Assembly (NCBI GenBank): GCA_039545335.1
Contig: BCIN01000005.1
Coordinates: 896,641 to 960,640, forward strand
DNA length: 64,000 bases
DNA from: Kondoa subrosea
Lineage: Eukaryota
Reading direction: 5' to 3'
Shown: positions 1 through 13,609 of the stretch, piece after piece
Position numbering within the stretch: the first letter of the stretch is position 1
Layout of the letters: every line of letters begins with the position of its first letter
Made by a program: the position numbers and the translations under genes
The notes under the pieces: generated by a model
Databases searched by the model: none
What the model was told of the DNA's origin: nothing
Seen by the model: only the letters and a program-made list of their open reading frames with translations

Positions 1-2132
1 GCTTGTATGATCTTCTCTAATACATCATCTAATCTGCTTCATAGATCTACATCGACTTCATCTTCAAGGATATTCCTTTCTTGAAAAGATGGACACAAGA
101 TATGGTAAGTCCAGATTGATTCAACCGCTATTTGCGGTTGACGCTTGCTCTGTATTTACAGGAATACGAAACAATGTACAAGCATGAATTCTCAGAAGAA
201 ACATCGCGGCAATGTGCCAACTACTACTTCTGCACTTACGCTGAAAATTGGGAGCGACCCGAAGTCAAGCGATCCCTTCAGACGTGCCCAGCTATCATGT
301 CTTGGGACGATCATGACAGTACGTTGCATGCTATCAATCGAAAGTGATAGCTGATTTGTTATTACCAGTGTTTGACGGTGCAGGCTCGTAAGACCGGGTG
401 TCTATCTAGCTAGTCCGCCTACTGACCTGAATCTATAGGTATCCTGATTACAACAGACTAAGTCCAGTTATGCTTGGCCTTACTCGAACAGCACAGAAGT
501 TCCGCTTGCTCTTCCAGCATCAAACTACACCGAAGCATTATCACGAGCATCGATTATTCGGAAAACTTGGACAGAACTCTGTGATCCAAATGGGTCCTCG
601 TTTAGCTTGCCTGGTTACCGATGGACGAACGGAAAGATGTGACAAGACTATTATCGAAGAAGAATCTTGGCATATGATGTTTGAGCGCTTGAGCCAATTA
701 CCACCTACGACCAAACATCTCATGGTTATCTTTGCTGTACCTTTCTCTTTCATTCGGGTCAAAGTTGCCGAAAAGGTCTTCGAGTTTCTCAAGAACCGCG
801 CACCCTGGATTAGGCATCTGCCTGGCTTGAAAGGGCAGCAATCGATCTTTGGTTTACCTGAGTTGTACGATGATTTATTGGATGAATGGACTCATGACGC
901 TCATATTGGTCAGTTTCCCTTGATTGCTTGCGTATCACCATTCTGATGAAATCGTATGCAGAGGAACGCGATCGCAATCTTGTACGGTTCCAAGAGCTAG
1001 CCAAAGCTCAACAATTACGAATCACCTTCATTTCGGGTGATGTTCACTGTGCAGCTGTATCTCGGTTCAGGACAGATGCGGCTACTCGAAAAGCTCAAAA
1101 CCTCAAGCCAGAAAACGATCATCGATTGATGTATCAAATGATCGCTTCTGCTATCGTCAATCAATCTCCCTCTCCGAATGCTTGTATTGCTTATCGTCAG
1201 TCATGCAAAGTCTTGCCTGTATACTTCGCTAAGCCCTCGATTGTAGACTACATTCGGAATAAATGGCATCCTGTTGCAAATACATCAGAAGGACTAGTCG
1301 AATGTTTTGAAAGACGACCCGAGCAGGGCAAACAAGTTCGACATCGCAAGGTGAGACGAAGTCTCTAGACATTCAGCTTACGCTGATTCTTCGGACTTCT
1401 TGAATCTCACAGGTCATGCCTAACAGAAATTGGATGATGTGGAACGAAGTTGGAGCGAAATCATCTTCCGGTGGCCAGGACACAGCCTACCAGTTTCATG
1501 ATCGAGAGGACACAGATGAAGTAGCTCATCCACCACGTGATCGAGCGGAAAGTACTTCTGGTCAAACAAACCGCTCCAAAGCTTCTTTACCTGAAGATCT
1601 CAAAGATCATCGTCATATCAACTGGCATTCTGAAAACTACCTCTTTGATAAAAAGAAAGGATACCCGTCTACTCTTGGTCCTACATCGAAAGCTGACGGA
1701 ACAGGCTATCAAGGACAGCCGTTACATGCGCATGGACATGGAAGTAAGTTCACAATATCCCAGTAACAGTATTATATAATTGATTCTCCTGTGAAGTGTT
1801 CTGTCATCATAAGGGCAAGAAAAGCCGGTCGGTGGCAGAATTAGATCCAGCTCATCGAGAAGACATGAAAGTTGATGATATGGGAGGTTTGTCTACTCGT
1901 CTTAACTCTTGAAAACCTCAGCCTGAACTTCTAATACCAGATGTACCTTTGGATGAACCTGTGCCAGGATTGAGATTGAGGATATGGCTCGAGTCAAGGG
2001 AATTGGAAGAAGCTGGTCGACAATTTGCTTCATAGTGAGTTCCCATTGCAGTTCTTTCACAATACATTGGCTGATTAAGACTGCTTTTTCAGTGAGGTAA
2101 TGGTCCCTGGGTTGTCTGAAGCCAAGTCATAA
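1..2132 (+). CDS. PhoD-like (alkaline phosphatase D family) metallophosphatase, 5' end outside the window, multi-exon
   Basis: Spliced motifs MSWDDHD-FDGAGSYP, LYDDLLDEW and ITFISGDVHCAAVSRF; GT-AG introns join the ORF pieces. Confidence 0.8.
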
Positions 2133-2694
2133 GAAAATGCAATGCAAGAAAACGACATCGCAGAGAGTGTTCATTCTGAGATTTGAAATTGTATAGGAAG
2201 AGTTGAGAATCGAGGTGGACTATTTCTCTGCGCGCGATTGTACAGATTTAAATTATCACATAGTGCTTACTTATGTAACCATTTTTTGTACTACTACCCG
2301 GGTAGAGTCATCGCGACTCGGTAAGCCTTGTTCGCGCTAGGCAAAGTTTCGAAAGTGTATTACCTCAGCTTCAGGGGCGGGCCAATGGTTGATAGAACGT
2401 GTACCGAGAGAGAGAGAGTGAGAGAGTGGCAGCATCGCGAGATGATAATCAACATGTACCTCTAAACATGGAAATTAATTTTGGCTGCTTTTGTCTTGAA
2501 CCGAGACCGTCACCTGTTCTGTCGGAGTCAGCGTCTCCTGAAGCGCAGTTACAGCCGACAATCTCTCTCCTCCTCCCTTTCTACTGAGCTGGCAGTGCTA
2601 CTTTCCTAATTCGCACTTCTTGCCCCGCATCCACTCACAAACGTTCAATAACCTATCTTGGCTGTACTCCTGACACAAGCACACTTCAATCAGC

Positions 2695-3884
2695 ATGTCT
2701 TCCTTTGAAGGTAGCCGTAGAGCCAGTGGTAGACTCGCTCAAGCTCAAGAACAGCAGGTCAGTGCACGCAATTTCATTGATTAATTTACACGTGCTTATA
2801 ACTTTTCTGTGGATGTAACAGCAGCAATCTACTGCACCTGTTCCTATTGGTAGACCAAAGAACCTGTCTCGGAAACAATCCACTACGACCAAAGCTTTCA
2901 GAGGTCGAAGTGCAAGTATAGTCAAGAATGAGTACTCGACTTCTATGCCCTCAGCGCGTTTGTCTGGCAACATGTTGGATGAGGATATGATGGGTGGGGA
3001 CGAGGAGGATCTGGCCGATGGCCCAGATGGTGAAGTCAGGAGCAAGATTAAGGGCAAGCGTACAAAGAAAGGCCAAGAGGTTTATCAGTGCGAGAAGTGC
3101 TCCAAGGTAGGCTGCAATGTGAGCATCAGTATGGAGCTGATGGATCGTTCACGTCACATGCAGTGGTACCGTCACCCTGCCTGTCTTATCAAGCACAGAT
3201 GGCAGCACAGTACGTTGTTTCGTTCAGCCAGCTACTTATGTAAAGCTAACTGACCGGCACAGCTGAATACTGGGCAACTACCTCTTCATACATGATGTCG
3301 AAACATCAGTCTGTCATGATGCTCGAGGTCCGCTTTCGCCATTCTAAAGTATTGAACACCGCCTAATGCTCTTTTTACAGGCTGCCGCTATCTTGACCAA
3401 CGGCTCGTCTTTGCCAGAAGAACGCTCACTATGGCCTGCAGCCGTTTCGCCTCCTTCATCCGGTCTACTCGGTTCGGAATATCTGAATATGCAAACCATG
3501 CGAAGCGGTTCTCTGACCCAACAACTACTTCAAGCTGAATCGCCCACTCCATCAGCTACCAAAGAACTTGAAGAGGAGGAAGAGCAAGAAGAAGATGTAT
3601 CTATGGAAGTCGATCAACAAGATGAAGGCATGTTTGCATTCGAAATGAGCAAAGAAGGAGACAACTCTTCCGGCGCAGAAGAAGCCGATTCTGGCTATGC
3701 AAGTACAGGAGAACATTCATCTTCAGCTGTCAAGTTCCTCACTTCTCAATCTCAGCATCATCATTCGCTTGCCTACAACAAACCAAATTATCCTTCTTAC
3801 CCTTTCACAAGACCTTACGGCGCCCTCGATATGCATACAGTTGGTTCCGCTCCTACACTTGGTTTCTTTACTGCAAGGCAATAA
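2695..3884 (+). CDS. C2H2 zinc-finger protein (putative transcription factor)
   Basis: Spliced YQCEKCSK-WYRHPACLIKHRWQH finger, then SKHQSVMMLE-AAAIL and an acidic tail. Confidence 0.8.
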
Positions 3885-4270
3885 ACACAAAGCATTCATT
3901 AAATACATGGAGGAAATATATTATGGCACTTTCATTTCAATTTAAATCAAATCATATGTCGGGGAAGCATTTCAAAGGAAAGTCAATTGGGGGGGCGGTC
4001 GCATTGAGTTGTTGTTGGAAGCTTAGTCAAGCAGGCGCATTTCATGAAGGTTGCATTTAGCACAAGCGGATGGACATTATCAAACAAAGGGCCTACAGTA
4101 GTATTTTGTGTTTCAGAGCATATACCACTGTGCATTAGCTATACAAAGCGTTCATATTAGCTAAACCTTTCGATGACTCTTCGTGTGAGCATCAGCCCCG
4201 CGTTTTTTTGAGAATGGTTAATGGTTCTTGTTCGAAATTGGCCATGGAAGCTGTGCTGTCTTGTCTAGGA

Positions 4271-5675
4271 ATGTCGTCGTCTAATACTCCAAGCTGTGTT
4301 GATGCGCTCGTATTGGGTGCGATTCCGCTGCTTCGAGATCGCAGCTCGAGTTGAATCTGAATCTGATCGCTTGTTCAACAGGCAAAGGATGGTGTTTGTT
4401 CTACTCCCTTATGTGCTCTATCTCCCTTTCTCTTATCTGTGCTACTGTAGCATACTTCTTCCTTGAACAACAGCTCAAAGAAGCTCATCTTTCTCATGCC
4501 GTCACTTCTCGCGATGGTCGAGAAGGCAGCATCAAAGTATATTCCTTCACTCCTTCCTAGTAATCTCATGTCTGAAAATTCTCTGGGTGCGATTACCTTA
4601 GTTTGTCTTCGATCCTAATCAATCAGAACAAGACGAATCCAATCTAGATCAATTCCGATCTTTACCAGAAGCGAAGACGGTTATTATCGTTTTCCCTATT
4701 TATGGAAAAGGAGGTTCGTCTCCTTGTTCAACGTTGCTCTTTGCGAGTTACATTGAACATATTGAGAACAGGCTCGAAGAAATTGGTTGAGCTTTATAAG
4801 ACTACTCATGAAGGTTGCGAGACCGGATTCATTCAACTAGGATGTGAGTAGCTACAATGGGCTGTTGAGTGCTGTTGATCTTATCATGTTGCAGCCGCTG
4901 GAATTTGGGCAAGTAGATTCTCTCGTCAAATGTCTTATCTGACTTGTTATTCTTCATTGCAGAGTCAAGGTCCAACACTCGCACCGACAGAGAAGAAGTC
5001 CTCAATCTGGATCGATAGACATTCGAAATACGACACATCAAACGCTCGTGCTATAGCAGAAGATGAATTGCTCGCTTTGTCAACTTATTCATGCCCGACC
5101 ACTGTACTCAATCTTGCTGGCTTATGGGGTAACGGAAGAAGCGTACGGAATTTCATGAGTCGTGTCATCAAGGATAAAGAAAGCTTGCGAAACAAGAACG
5201 CTTTGTACATGATTGCTGGTGTGTCTGCGTTCCAACAAGTCTCACGCGGTTTGACAGAGTGTCATTTAGGCGATGACGTGGCCCAGATCTGCTTAGCGGT
5301 TCATCGTCACTGGAAGTACGTTGTTTGCTCTGTCAGCCAATGTCGAAGCTAACAGTTGTCTTGCAGGAAAGCAGCGAGCGAACGCTGGCTGGTTTCTGAC
5401 TTACGAACCTATGATTGGTCAGTTTCCTATGTATGATTATAATCAAATTCTCACGCGAGAGCAGGTGGGAATTGGCATCGAGATATGGAAACAATGGTCT
5501 TGCGGGCAAGGAGAAGAATGTCTCTGGGCCTGAACCACAATGGGCACTCGAGCTGATGATTGAAAATGGAGTCAAAAGCCTACCTCGTAGCCCCGAGGAA
5601 TTGGGTCGCGGCTACGATTCGCGCGAACTTTGGAGCACCTTTGGTATTGTACCTTTGCGACCGGGACTAGACTAG
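4271..5675 (+). CDS. Conserved fungal NAD(P)-binding Rossmann-like protein
   Basis: N-terminal DALVLG-KGW, then TSRDGR, LPEAKTVIIVFP and LNLAGLWG; many short introns. Confidence 0.6.
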
Positions 5676-5796
5676 CATGCATGAATGTATATACATTGCG
5701 ATTATTGATATGCTTAAAACCGAATCCTCGAACACAGTTGTACAATGCTCATTCTAATGTCTGAAATGTCCTTGTTCTTGTCGAACCGTTGCCAGA

Positions 5797-8700
5797 TCAC
5801 GGGCCTGCTCTCTCAGTAGAACAACCACCAGTCATACGAGAGTTCCGCTGTGTTAAGAAGCACAGCCGTAAGCAGACGAAGAAAACGGATGGCGAAAGCT
5901 TGAAAACGTACAGGCCATTCGTAACCTGCCTGCTGCCATGTAGCTGTCGAAAATTCATTAGTGGACGGTCAAAGATAATCATAGAGCATTTACTGAAGTT
6001 TCTGCGCAAAGGAACACCTATTAGCTCGAAATGGACCAAATCAAAAAGGATGACAAACGGATTGAGATAAGCTGGCAAATGATCTTGAATGTATTTTGCA
6101 GTAGGATGACTGCTGGGATCACAGCCCACGTCTATCGCGTCTTCGCGCTGGAACACTCGAACTAAATAATGTAGATTTATTAGCAAACATAGTACCCAAA
6201 GCACGTTTGGACCTACCATAGTCGATAAACATTGTCGTCGCTGTGGGCAATCATCAGTTTCTCCTTGAATTTTAGGTGGCGTGAAAAGACCTACGGAAAG
6301 TCAACCTTCCGAAATCAGGATCGCTAAAATAACATCTTAGCAACCAGCCGATGATCAATGAGCAGCACACACCCCTGGAACTTAGAACTGATGAACAAAT
6401 TCATCATCTTGGAGAATGTTAGCTCGGTCGAATTTCCCCATAGAGGACATACCAAGTACATTGGTTCTTCTGAAATTAGTCGAGATCCAATTTCGGTATC
6501 AGCGTTGGGCGGAAAAGCATCTCCAGTTAGAGTCCATGCTTCAATGCCCATTAGCAATATGTAGCCGCATCGGAAAGGAAAATGACATACTTGGCTGACC
6601 ACCAACATACCAGGTGATATATGCATCGCTTCCAGTTCCGCCCCAATACCTAGTAGGAGTATCAGCATGTCCGATTGACACATGTGCTGCTTAGACTCAC
6701 TCGAAGCCAAAAGTCTGATACTGTCGACCACCATCTATTAAGCAAAATAGGACATCAGCTAAATGCCACTATACTGATGGCGAGCCGACTCACAAGAGAC
6801 GTTGTCCAATTTGTATACAGCGGAAGCAGATTCTTGGGTAATACTGCCCTTCCAGTCGTTCAAGGTAAGCATGTCGTCGCCAGCATGAGGAATATATCCA
6901 GTCGAGTCATTGTTCCATGCCCAAGCCGCATCAAAAGGAGCGATTTGCATAGATTGCGAAGCAGTTCCATAACCATGATAATCGACTTGAGCTTCAAGAA
7001 TATCGATTTCTGGTGCACCTCGACCTCTGCTGTTTTTGGGACCAGGATGATCGTCGCCTTTGCACGTGCAGGCAGACAGACGTTGACCAGGCAAATAACT
7101 GAGAGTTCCTCCATAATCGCTATCACCCGTCGTTCGAGCGGCACGTGGTGTCTCTCTGTCGTTATTCAGTTGGCCAGGCATGGTACCGACGTCACAGGTA
7201 TCGTAAGACTGTACGTTTCGCCAACGGAATTAGCCCAAGGCAAAACCAATAAATTGTAGCTCAGAACGCACGTAAGGCCAAAGACCGTCATTTGTAGCAC
7301 CGTAACCAGCTCTTCCCAGATTTCCCATAGTCCACAAACCAGGCCATAGTCCGATAACATCACCTCGTCCGGGTAAAGAAACGTTCATTTCGATGTAAGC
7401 ACCTCGATGAACGCAGAACTTGTTCCATGATTGAATGAAGCCTGTCAGATGCGAGCACCAAAGTCAGCTCGAAGAGAGCATTTCACGGCGCAGATCCTGA
7501 CCTGAACGGAAGTTGAGATCATGTATCGGTTGTCTATACAGACATCAATCAGCTCTAATCGACAAGGTTCACATGTGAAGACACGCACTCGGTCATAGTA
7601 ATTTGCATGCTGCCATCTTTCGTGATCACAGCATCAGGATCACACCACTGATCTAGACTTAGTGAAAACCGAGGCCAAATTTACAAAACATACCTCATAA
7701 TTGACAGTCTGTATGATTAAATTAGCTATGAACAACTTGACGCATATGCCAAGCTGACCTGCCAATAGTTCAAGTCTATGCAATCCAGGTTAGCCAATGC
7801 AGCGTGTCGTCTTGGAGTCTCATTGGAACTAACCTGCGCCCTCCCAGAATGGATCATCTCCAGGATGGAAAGTTCTTCCATCGGTATTGAATTCATCAGA
7901 GAAGACGAGCTTGTAATTCTTCCCATCGTATCCTATCCTTTTGCCTTTGACGATGGAATCAGGTGTATCGGAATCGATCAAAGCAGGGAACCCAGGAATT
8001 TCTGGAACTTGACCTGAAGAATTGGTGCCTCCAATGTTCCAGCCATACATTGGTTTCTTGTTGTTGATTTCCCTGATATAAGTCGCGATTGGCCTTTTTT
8101 CGCGACATCAGCATTTTTCCCTATAGGGGGAGAGAAGCAAAAAAAGGCTGACCAGAATGCAAAGATGCCTACTAGACCTCCAACGATGATAAAAAGTGCC
8201 AGAAAATTGATAAGCCCTCTTTTACTGTAACCAAAAGTTCCAGATTGCATTGCTGGAATCTTGTCTGATCGAAGGACAGGTAAAGCTATTCCGCCTGCTC
8301 CGTTCATTGAATTTCGATAATGCCGTTTGGGTTCGTCTGATGGATCAGGGTTGTGTAGATAATCGTCGCCTGTCAGAGATTTGATCAAAAACTATCACCA
8401 AAGTGAATTTCAACAGCAGACTGACCTTCCATATTCTTTTCGTCCCAAAGCAGCGCATCCGTCGTCGCTGCTCTGACCATATCACCTTGGGTAAAGGAAG
8501 CAACACTTGACCGATTTCCAGAACTATAACCTCCTAATCCATTTCTAGGTGTTCCATATTCCAAATCTTCACTTTCGTCGTCCCTGATCATTCCTGCCAG
8601 ACCGCTTACAGAATGCCTCGACGGAACAGAAGAGTAGCGAGAATAGTTTTGACCAATCACACCGGAGTGAGGCGAGGACAAGCCTAGGATTTCTGGAGTT

Positions 8701-9017
8701 AAGTCATCGAAATTGGAAGAAGCTCTTCGGTGGTTGTTTGGAATAAGAGGTCTCTCAGAAACTGGGTAACCAGAAGCTTGTGAAATAGAATGCGAAGAAT
8801 CTCTTGATGCGCCAAAAGGTCTTGATGAGCCTTCAGAATGATTGCCCTCCGAGGATGAAGAGTCACGATCGCCTGCTACTGCTTGATAGCGATCTGATAG
8901 CTGCTGGTGATTTTGATGAGGTGCTTGGCCTGCCATGGAAGAATTGGATTGCAAATTGACCAAGGAATGGCTTTCGGCAGGTCCTTGCGAATTCGAGTAA
9001 TGGTTTTGATGCGCCAT
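5797..9017 (-). CDS. KRE6: Beta-1,6-glucan synthesis-associated protein, KRE6/SKN1 family (GH16)
   Basis: DDYLHNPD, a TM segment, [23 protein letters not shown] and the catalytic [13 protein letters not shown] motif. Confidence 0.92.
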
Positions 9018-9580
9018 ACAAGGCAGGAGAAGACAAGTGAGCTACAGATACTAGTAGATCGCACCCAGAGGCAGTGTTTCGTTGCTCAGAGTCGTGTGTT
9101 TGCTGACTGTAAATTTAGCACGGCCCTTGTGAAACGACTCCTAAGGTGCTTGGGTATATGCCAGTAGCCTGCGAACGACGTCTGCAAGGTCTATCGAGGG
9201 AATCGAAGTTTGAGGAAAACAGCATCAGCTCATTTCAGCGTGGGCAGAATGGTCGGCGCCACGCCCAAGAGACAGAATTTTGATGCAGGATATGCGCTAT
9301 TGTACAGTAGCTAAACCATTATGTACAGACATCCGCGAAAACGAGCGCTTAGAGACTTGCCAAGGTTCATCAATAAACCAATAAACCTCAAGAACTTGAG
9401 TTGCAGCTTGACGGAAGAAGTGACGGCGCATCCGTAAGCAATACTGAGTAAACGAGAGCCGAGCGAGTGCTTTCCGATTGAGTTGAATACAATGCCCACC
9501 TAACGAGAGAAAGAATTAGATATAGTTTCAACGCGCGGTAAACACTTGAGCTCACCCTCGTGATTCTTTCAATACACCAC

Positions 9581-11627
9581 TCAGGTCATCGAATAGCCCG
9601 GACCTCCTCCTCCTTCAGGTACTCTCCATTCGATATCGCCTTTAGGTGCTTTAATACTGCAAGTCTATTTGCGAAAGTGCAATCAGTGCCTCATCTTTCC
9701 TCTTCAGTGTCAGGCTTACCTTGCAATGGATGCAATTCTGACTGTTGATCACAAACTTTCTTCCATCCGCATCCGCTACTCCTCCATCTTCTGCCACATC
9801 AATATATTCATACACTCCAGCAGGACAAGCTCGATTGAGGATTCCTCCTCCATAAGGAGCGAAACTCTCTCTGACGTGTCTTGCATGATCACCATCTTTG
9901 ACTACTAAGTGAACAGGTTGGTTTTCAGTGTGATTTGTTCCTGTTCGAGAGACGGAAGTGAGAATGTCGAAAGAGAGTTTGCCATCCGGTACTGGGTATT
10001 CAATAGGTTTGTAGCCCCTAGGCATGATCATCAGAATAATTTAAACCAATAACGATGGGTTCACTCACTCAGCAGTGGAAGTTTGCAGGTAATCTTCTCC
10101 AGGATGATGTAAAGTCCAAGGCATCTTTCCTCTAAAGATGTAGGCTTCAATACCAGAATACAAGATTCCACCAATGTTGCCCAAGAAGGTATGGAAAGAA
10201 GGTCTCATGTTTCTCACACTCCTCAATTCAGACCAAACCCAACTGTTTTCCATCGCGGTCTGATACTTTTCCATCGATAAAGGTTGAACAGGTGTCTCTT
10301 CTTCCATTGGCGTAATAGCTTCAAAAGCAGTTTTTGCAGCTACCATTCCACTTTGCATAGCTGTATGAATGCCTTTGATCTTCGGTACATTGAGAAAACC
10401 AGCTGAACAGCCAACTAGAGCACCACCTGGGAAATCAAGCTTTGGTATACTCTGGAAACCTCCTTCGTTCAACGCTCTGGCTCCATAAGCGATACATTCT
10501 CCACCTTCGAGTAGATTGGCAAAGAAGGGATGATGCTTCATTCGTTGGAATTCGCGATACGGAGAGAGGTATGGGTTCTTGTAGTCTAGTCCCACGACCA
10601 GACCAATAGAGACTAATGGATCGTTGTTCTCGTTCGTCAGGTGGTAGAGCCAAGAGCCACCATATTCTTGGAATAAGGGCCAACCTAGAGTATGTACGAC
10701 TTTGCCAGGTTGATGTTTAGCTGGATCGATCCTCCATACTTCTTTCACTCCTAATCCGTAAGTTTGAGGCTCGGAATCTTTGCGTAGATTGAATTTCGCC
10801 ATGGCTTGCTTTGATAGAGAACCAGCTGCGCCTTCTGCTAGCAATGTGACGCGAGCTTTGAAGTCCATACCAGGTTCGTAAGCTTCTTTAGGCTTGTACT
10901 GCTTATCTAGACCAATATCGTTTGTCCTGACTCCGATGACAGATTCTTCACCCTGTTCGTTCTTCCCGTATAACAGCTGAGCACCGGCGAAACCAGGATA
11001 GACCTCAACGCCAAGTTCTTCAGCTTGTTCGCCTAGCCATTTCGATAGCTGAGAAAGGGATAGGATATAGTTGCCCTTGTTGTTCATTTGAGGTGGATGA
11101 GGCATAGGATAGTCAGAAGTAGAAGTCAAGAAGCGCATCGTATCTGAGGTAGCTTCCGTAAATACTGGAGGACTCAGATCTTTCCAATTCGGCAGGAGTT
11201 CATCAAGCGAGCGAGGTTCTATAACTGCTCCGGATAGAATATGCGAGCCTACCCAGCAGTTGAGCAGCCGCTTGTATCCTCAGTCTGAAGACATACCGAT
11301 CTCTCCACCCTTTTCGAGCAATACGACCCTGATCTCCTTGCCTTGCTCTTGAGCCAATTGTTTCAATCGAATTGCAGCACTCAGTCCAGCTGGTCCTCCT
11401 CCAACAATGCACACATCCACTTCATCCTCTGCATTCTCGCCCATTGGCTGCTCTTCCAGCTGTTCACGTGCATCTACAACTTCTGCCAATCGGCGAACAA
11501 ACGATTGATGCAGTGATCGACGCGAAACCAAGGGGATATGCTGATGCACTGGGTATATTACAGTCTTCAATACATCTTTACGAACCCTCTTGACAGGCCG
11601 TAGAGCTCGCAAACCGTGGCGAATCAT
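9581..11627 (-). CDS. ETFDH: Electron transfer flavoprotein-ubiquinone oxidoreductase, mitochondrial
   Basis: [18 protein letters not shown] motif, [10 protein letters not shown], Fe-S cysteines CPAGVYE..NCIHCK and C-terminal [13 protein letters not shown]. Confidence 0.96.
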
Positions 11628-12086
11628 TGTTTCGAGTCGAGAGAGAAGCGTCCGGTTATGTAAGTTGTCCGGTCACCCACGATAATCAGTAGCTGGGTTT
11701 GGCATCTCGAGACAATACTTCACTCCAGGTCAGCTCTAATCTCAGGCATCAAAAATCTTGTAAGCTCAGAGTTCAGCCTTCGCAGCATCAAGCATGTATG
11801 GCAAGTCGAACCCCCTGAAAGTTCTTGGTCGTGCCGTGCATGTCTCTATGGTTCAGCGCGGTCTCTATTGCTCTCTTTCCAAAGCTGCTGGCATTGGCGT
11901 TGATCTTCCTTTGTCCTCGCCAAACGATGCTTAGGAATCCTTTGAGCCATTCTTTTCCGCGTTCGCATTTTCGTGTCGTATTTCGGTACTGTGTTAGTCG
12001 TATACAGTAAGTCATGTCTTCGCTACCTAGAGTCTGCAAGCTCAAAATTCGGATGATAGAGTATCATTACTACTCCAAACCAATCA

Positions 12087-13151
12087 ATGCAGTCATCCTG
12101 GGATAGAGCTCTACTCGCTCCGCGTCAACAAGAACGAGCTAAGAATCCTTTCATTAATCCAGCTTGCAACAATCCTGCCCATAAGTCTGCACTGCCTGTC
12201 TCCCGTGTCTCCCAAACTCGTCAACCTGATTCTCTTTCCGCTTCGAGCGCGGCCGTTCTTGGAGTCTTCACTGGCCTGGTCGTAGCATCTGGAATGGCAG
12301 CATTTGCGTTGACCAACAGAGAGCCGAAAGCCCACAGAGGCGGTAATGATCTATACAGAAGAGCATCGCTTGACTCTATGGCCCCTCTTCGCTTCGATGC
12401 CGCTCCGCAATCCTCTACTATCTCACATGACGATATGCTGCATCCTCCTGTCCATCGTCTGAACCCATTGGTTCAAGGATCATGGATTTCTGGCAATGGA
12501 AATTCTAATGAAAGCCGCGCTGGTCATCGTGATCCTCGTGGCGCTGAGCGAAGACCTGTATACCAGCCTCTGCCGTCTCCTCTCAATGTGATACCGACTC
12601 AAGTCAACCGTTCAAATCAGCCTCCGATGATTAATCGTCAAAACAATCTCGCTCATCGTTTGAGAGAAAGACGACATATTCTTGAGATAAAAACTTCCTG
12701 GCAGGATCTAGCTAATTACAGATATGATCTAATGCTCTCTGTCAATACGCTTGAACAATTAGAACCCGAAATTGCGGAAGAGTACATACGTGTCTGTTGT
12801 GAAATGGATCTTTGGCGCAATCCAAGCACTGCCAAAACATGGGAGAGCTATGCGAATTATCCATGGACTGCACGTAATCCTCGTTTCGCAGACATTCTCA
12901 CAAAGCATGGCGGTTGGGTCAAGGCCATTGTCAGCAATGCTCGGGTAATCATGTATAGAACTTATCGACCCATATCAGCCATCGGGTTCTTCGAATGGAG
13001 GACCAACGACCTAATTAGGGACGACAATTCTCCGGCTTGGTGTGGTCTCAGACCAGTGGAACGATCCATGAAGCGTGTTGGAATCGAATTGCCTTCTCTC
13101 AACGGGCCAGTACTGGAGTCAGCAACGGCACCTCTACGACCAAAGTTTTAG
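12087..13151 (+). CDS. Intronless 354-aa hypothetical protein with one hydrophobic segment
   Basis: Long single ORF; hydrophobic stretch AAVLGVFTGLVVASGMAAFAL; no recognised domain. Confidence 0.65.
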   Translation: MQSSWDRALLAPRQQERAKNPFINPACNNPAHKSALPVSRVSQTRQPDSLSASSAAVLGVFTGLVVASGMAAFALTNREPKAHRGGNDLYRRASLDSMAPLRFDAAPQSSTISHDDMLHPPVHRLNPLVQGSWISGNGNSNESRAGHRDPRGAERRPVYQPLPSPLNVIPTQVNRSNQPPMINRQNNLAHRLRERRHILEIKTSWQDLANYRYDLMLSVNTLEQLEPEIAEEYIRVCCEMDLWRNPSTAKTWESYANYPWTARNPRFADILTKHGGWVKAIVSNARVIMYRTYRPISAIGFFEWRTNDLIRDDNSPAWCGLRPVERSMKRVGIELPSLNGPVLESATAPLRPKF

Positions 13152-13609
13152 ATTTAATGCATATACAATATGACTTTCTCTACAAATTCAGCTTAATCTG
13201 TCTATTTTGATATTGCGCATCTTCTCTTTGGATTCTGTGCCTTCTTTTTCTATCTACTTTCTTTCGTCATCTAAATGCTTCTCTTGCTCTTCCTGTTTCC
13301 TACTTACCATCAGCGCCTGTCAATGATTGTTACTTCACTACTCCCCGAATGCTGTAATACGCTCGAGGCTTGTAAAGGTATGAGTTCAGTGTCACTGTTT
13401 CACCTAAACCAATGCTGACTGTTTGAAAGTCCGTTAGAACTTCTGCAATTGCGCTCAGTCAATTGAGCTTTCTCTGCAGATGTTTGGCAAGCGGAATTGC
13501 ACCACAATTCGTCGGAAGTGACCAGCGAAGAGAAGATGGAGAATATGATATGTCATACAGTATTATGTACATGAAGAAGGAGAGAACCGCGACCTAGACA
13601 ATTTCGATG

